DNA of 63,262 nucleotides, the filler included, from Octopus bimaculoides (taxonomy: Eukaryota), in the NCBI RefSeq assembly GCF_001194135.2. It is 11 parts of 9 records of this genome, joined end to end, with 100 filler letters (N's around TTAATTAATTAA, not from the genome) between each part and the next. Parts side by side here need not be neighbours in the genome. Positions count along the whole stretch, not along the records: positions 61,975 to 63,262 come from NW_026371322.1; 10 more parts are not named here. One strand, written 5' to 3'. Positions 62,700 to 63,262 of the stretch are shown piece by piece. The notes below the pieces were generated by a model that had not been told where the DNA came from, did no database searches, and was given only the letters and a program-made list of their open reading frames with translations. The stretch's first letter is position 1; the number at the start of each line of letters is the position of its first letter. The position numbers and the translations under genes are program-made.

Positions 62700-63065
62700 T
62701 TAAAGCTTGACTATAAACATTGACTAGTTTCCTTTATAATTATTAAATATATATCCCTCAGTTTTTAGTTATAGTCTATATGTGCGTTTACCTNNNNNNN
62801 NNNAAATATATATCCCTCAGTTTTTAGTTATAGTCTATATGTGCGTTTACCTAGAATATCAACCACAAAAGTTATTAGAAATACTTTTCAACACACATTT
62901 GGCTCATTGTCAAACTGTCCTAGTTACAAACAATAGTTAAATCGTTAAAGCTTGACTTTCAGTAGTTTCTTGTATAGTTATTAAATATATATTCCCCAGT
63001 TTTTAGTTATAGTCTATATATGTATTTAACTGGAAAATCAATCACAAAAAGTATTTCTTAGAAAC
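62700..63065. repeat. AT-rich diverged tandem repeat, period about 200 bp
   Basis: TAAAGCTTGACT..TAGTTTC..TTATTAAATATATAT.CC.CAGTTTTTAGTTATAGTCTATAT at about 62700 and 62946. Confidence 0.8.
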
Positions 63066-63262
63066 CGGGCGTTCTCTAATTGAAGTAGGAACATGCACAA
63101 AACGTTCAGAAAATTCAAAAGCTTCTAAATTTCTAGATTACACTAAATACATAAATTACTTTCTAATTGAAAAGTCACGAAAAGCGAAGCGGACGTCAGT
63201 ACAAAATATTGCATAGGATAAACTAGTATAGATTACGAAAGCGATAGAAATTAAGAAAGCGC

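Noticed and set aside
62286-62860. Exact duplications flanking 10-N gaps at about 62334, 62639 and 62794
   Set aside because: Same contig-overlap artefact.

Overview
Repeat-saturated, gene-free animal genomic DNA with roughly 15% N gaps. The SINE families and microsatellite style suggest an octopus draft assembly, probably Octopus bimaculoides (inference, not verified). I found no supportable host protein-coding exon, rRNA, intact tRNA or CRISPR array. Nearly all listed ORFs are artefacts of gaps or microsatellites, or are transposon debris. Contents: three tRNA-derived SINE families (about 35 copies or fragments); Penelope-like elements (RT + GIY-YIG, one in tandem); an R4/Dong-like RLE LINE (4 fragments); RTE and CR1-type LINE fragments; Tc1, mariner and maT DNA transposons and MITEs; and Helitron/DINE-like elements. 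The most interesting signal is a set of at least six apparently unrelated short repeats carrying a minimal type I hammerhead ribozyme fold with a palindromic stem III. Across them the tertiary 3-8 base pair covaries (C3-G8, U3-A8 twice, G3-C8). One copy pair forms a retrozyme-like tandem dimer with a monomer of about 335 nt. Secondary leads: apparent (CATA)n-associated insertion of the R4-like LINE, an RTE tail with three C2H2 fingers, a bantam-seed hairpin, and a palindromic array containing a tRNA-like Pol III unit. All folds and alignments were read by eye and need computational and biochemical confirmation. Element boundaries are approximate.
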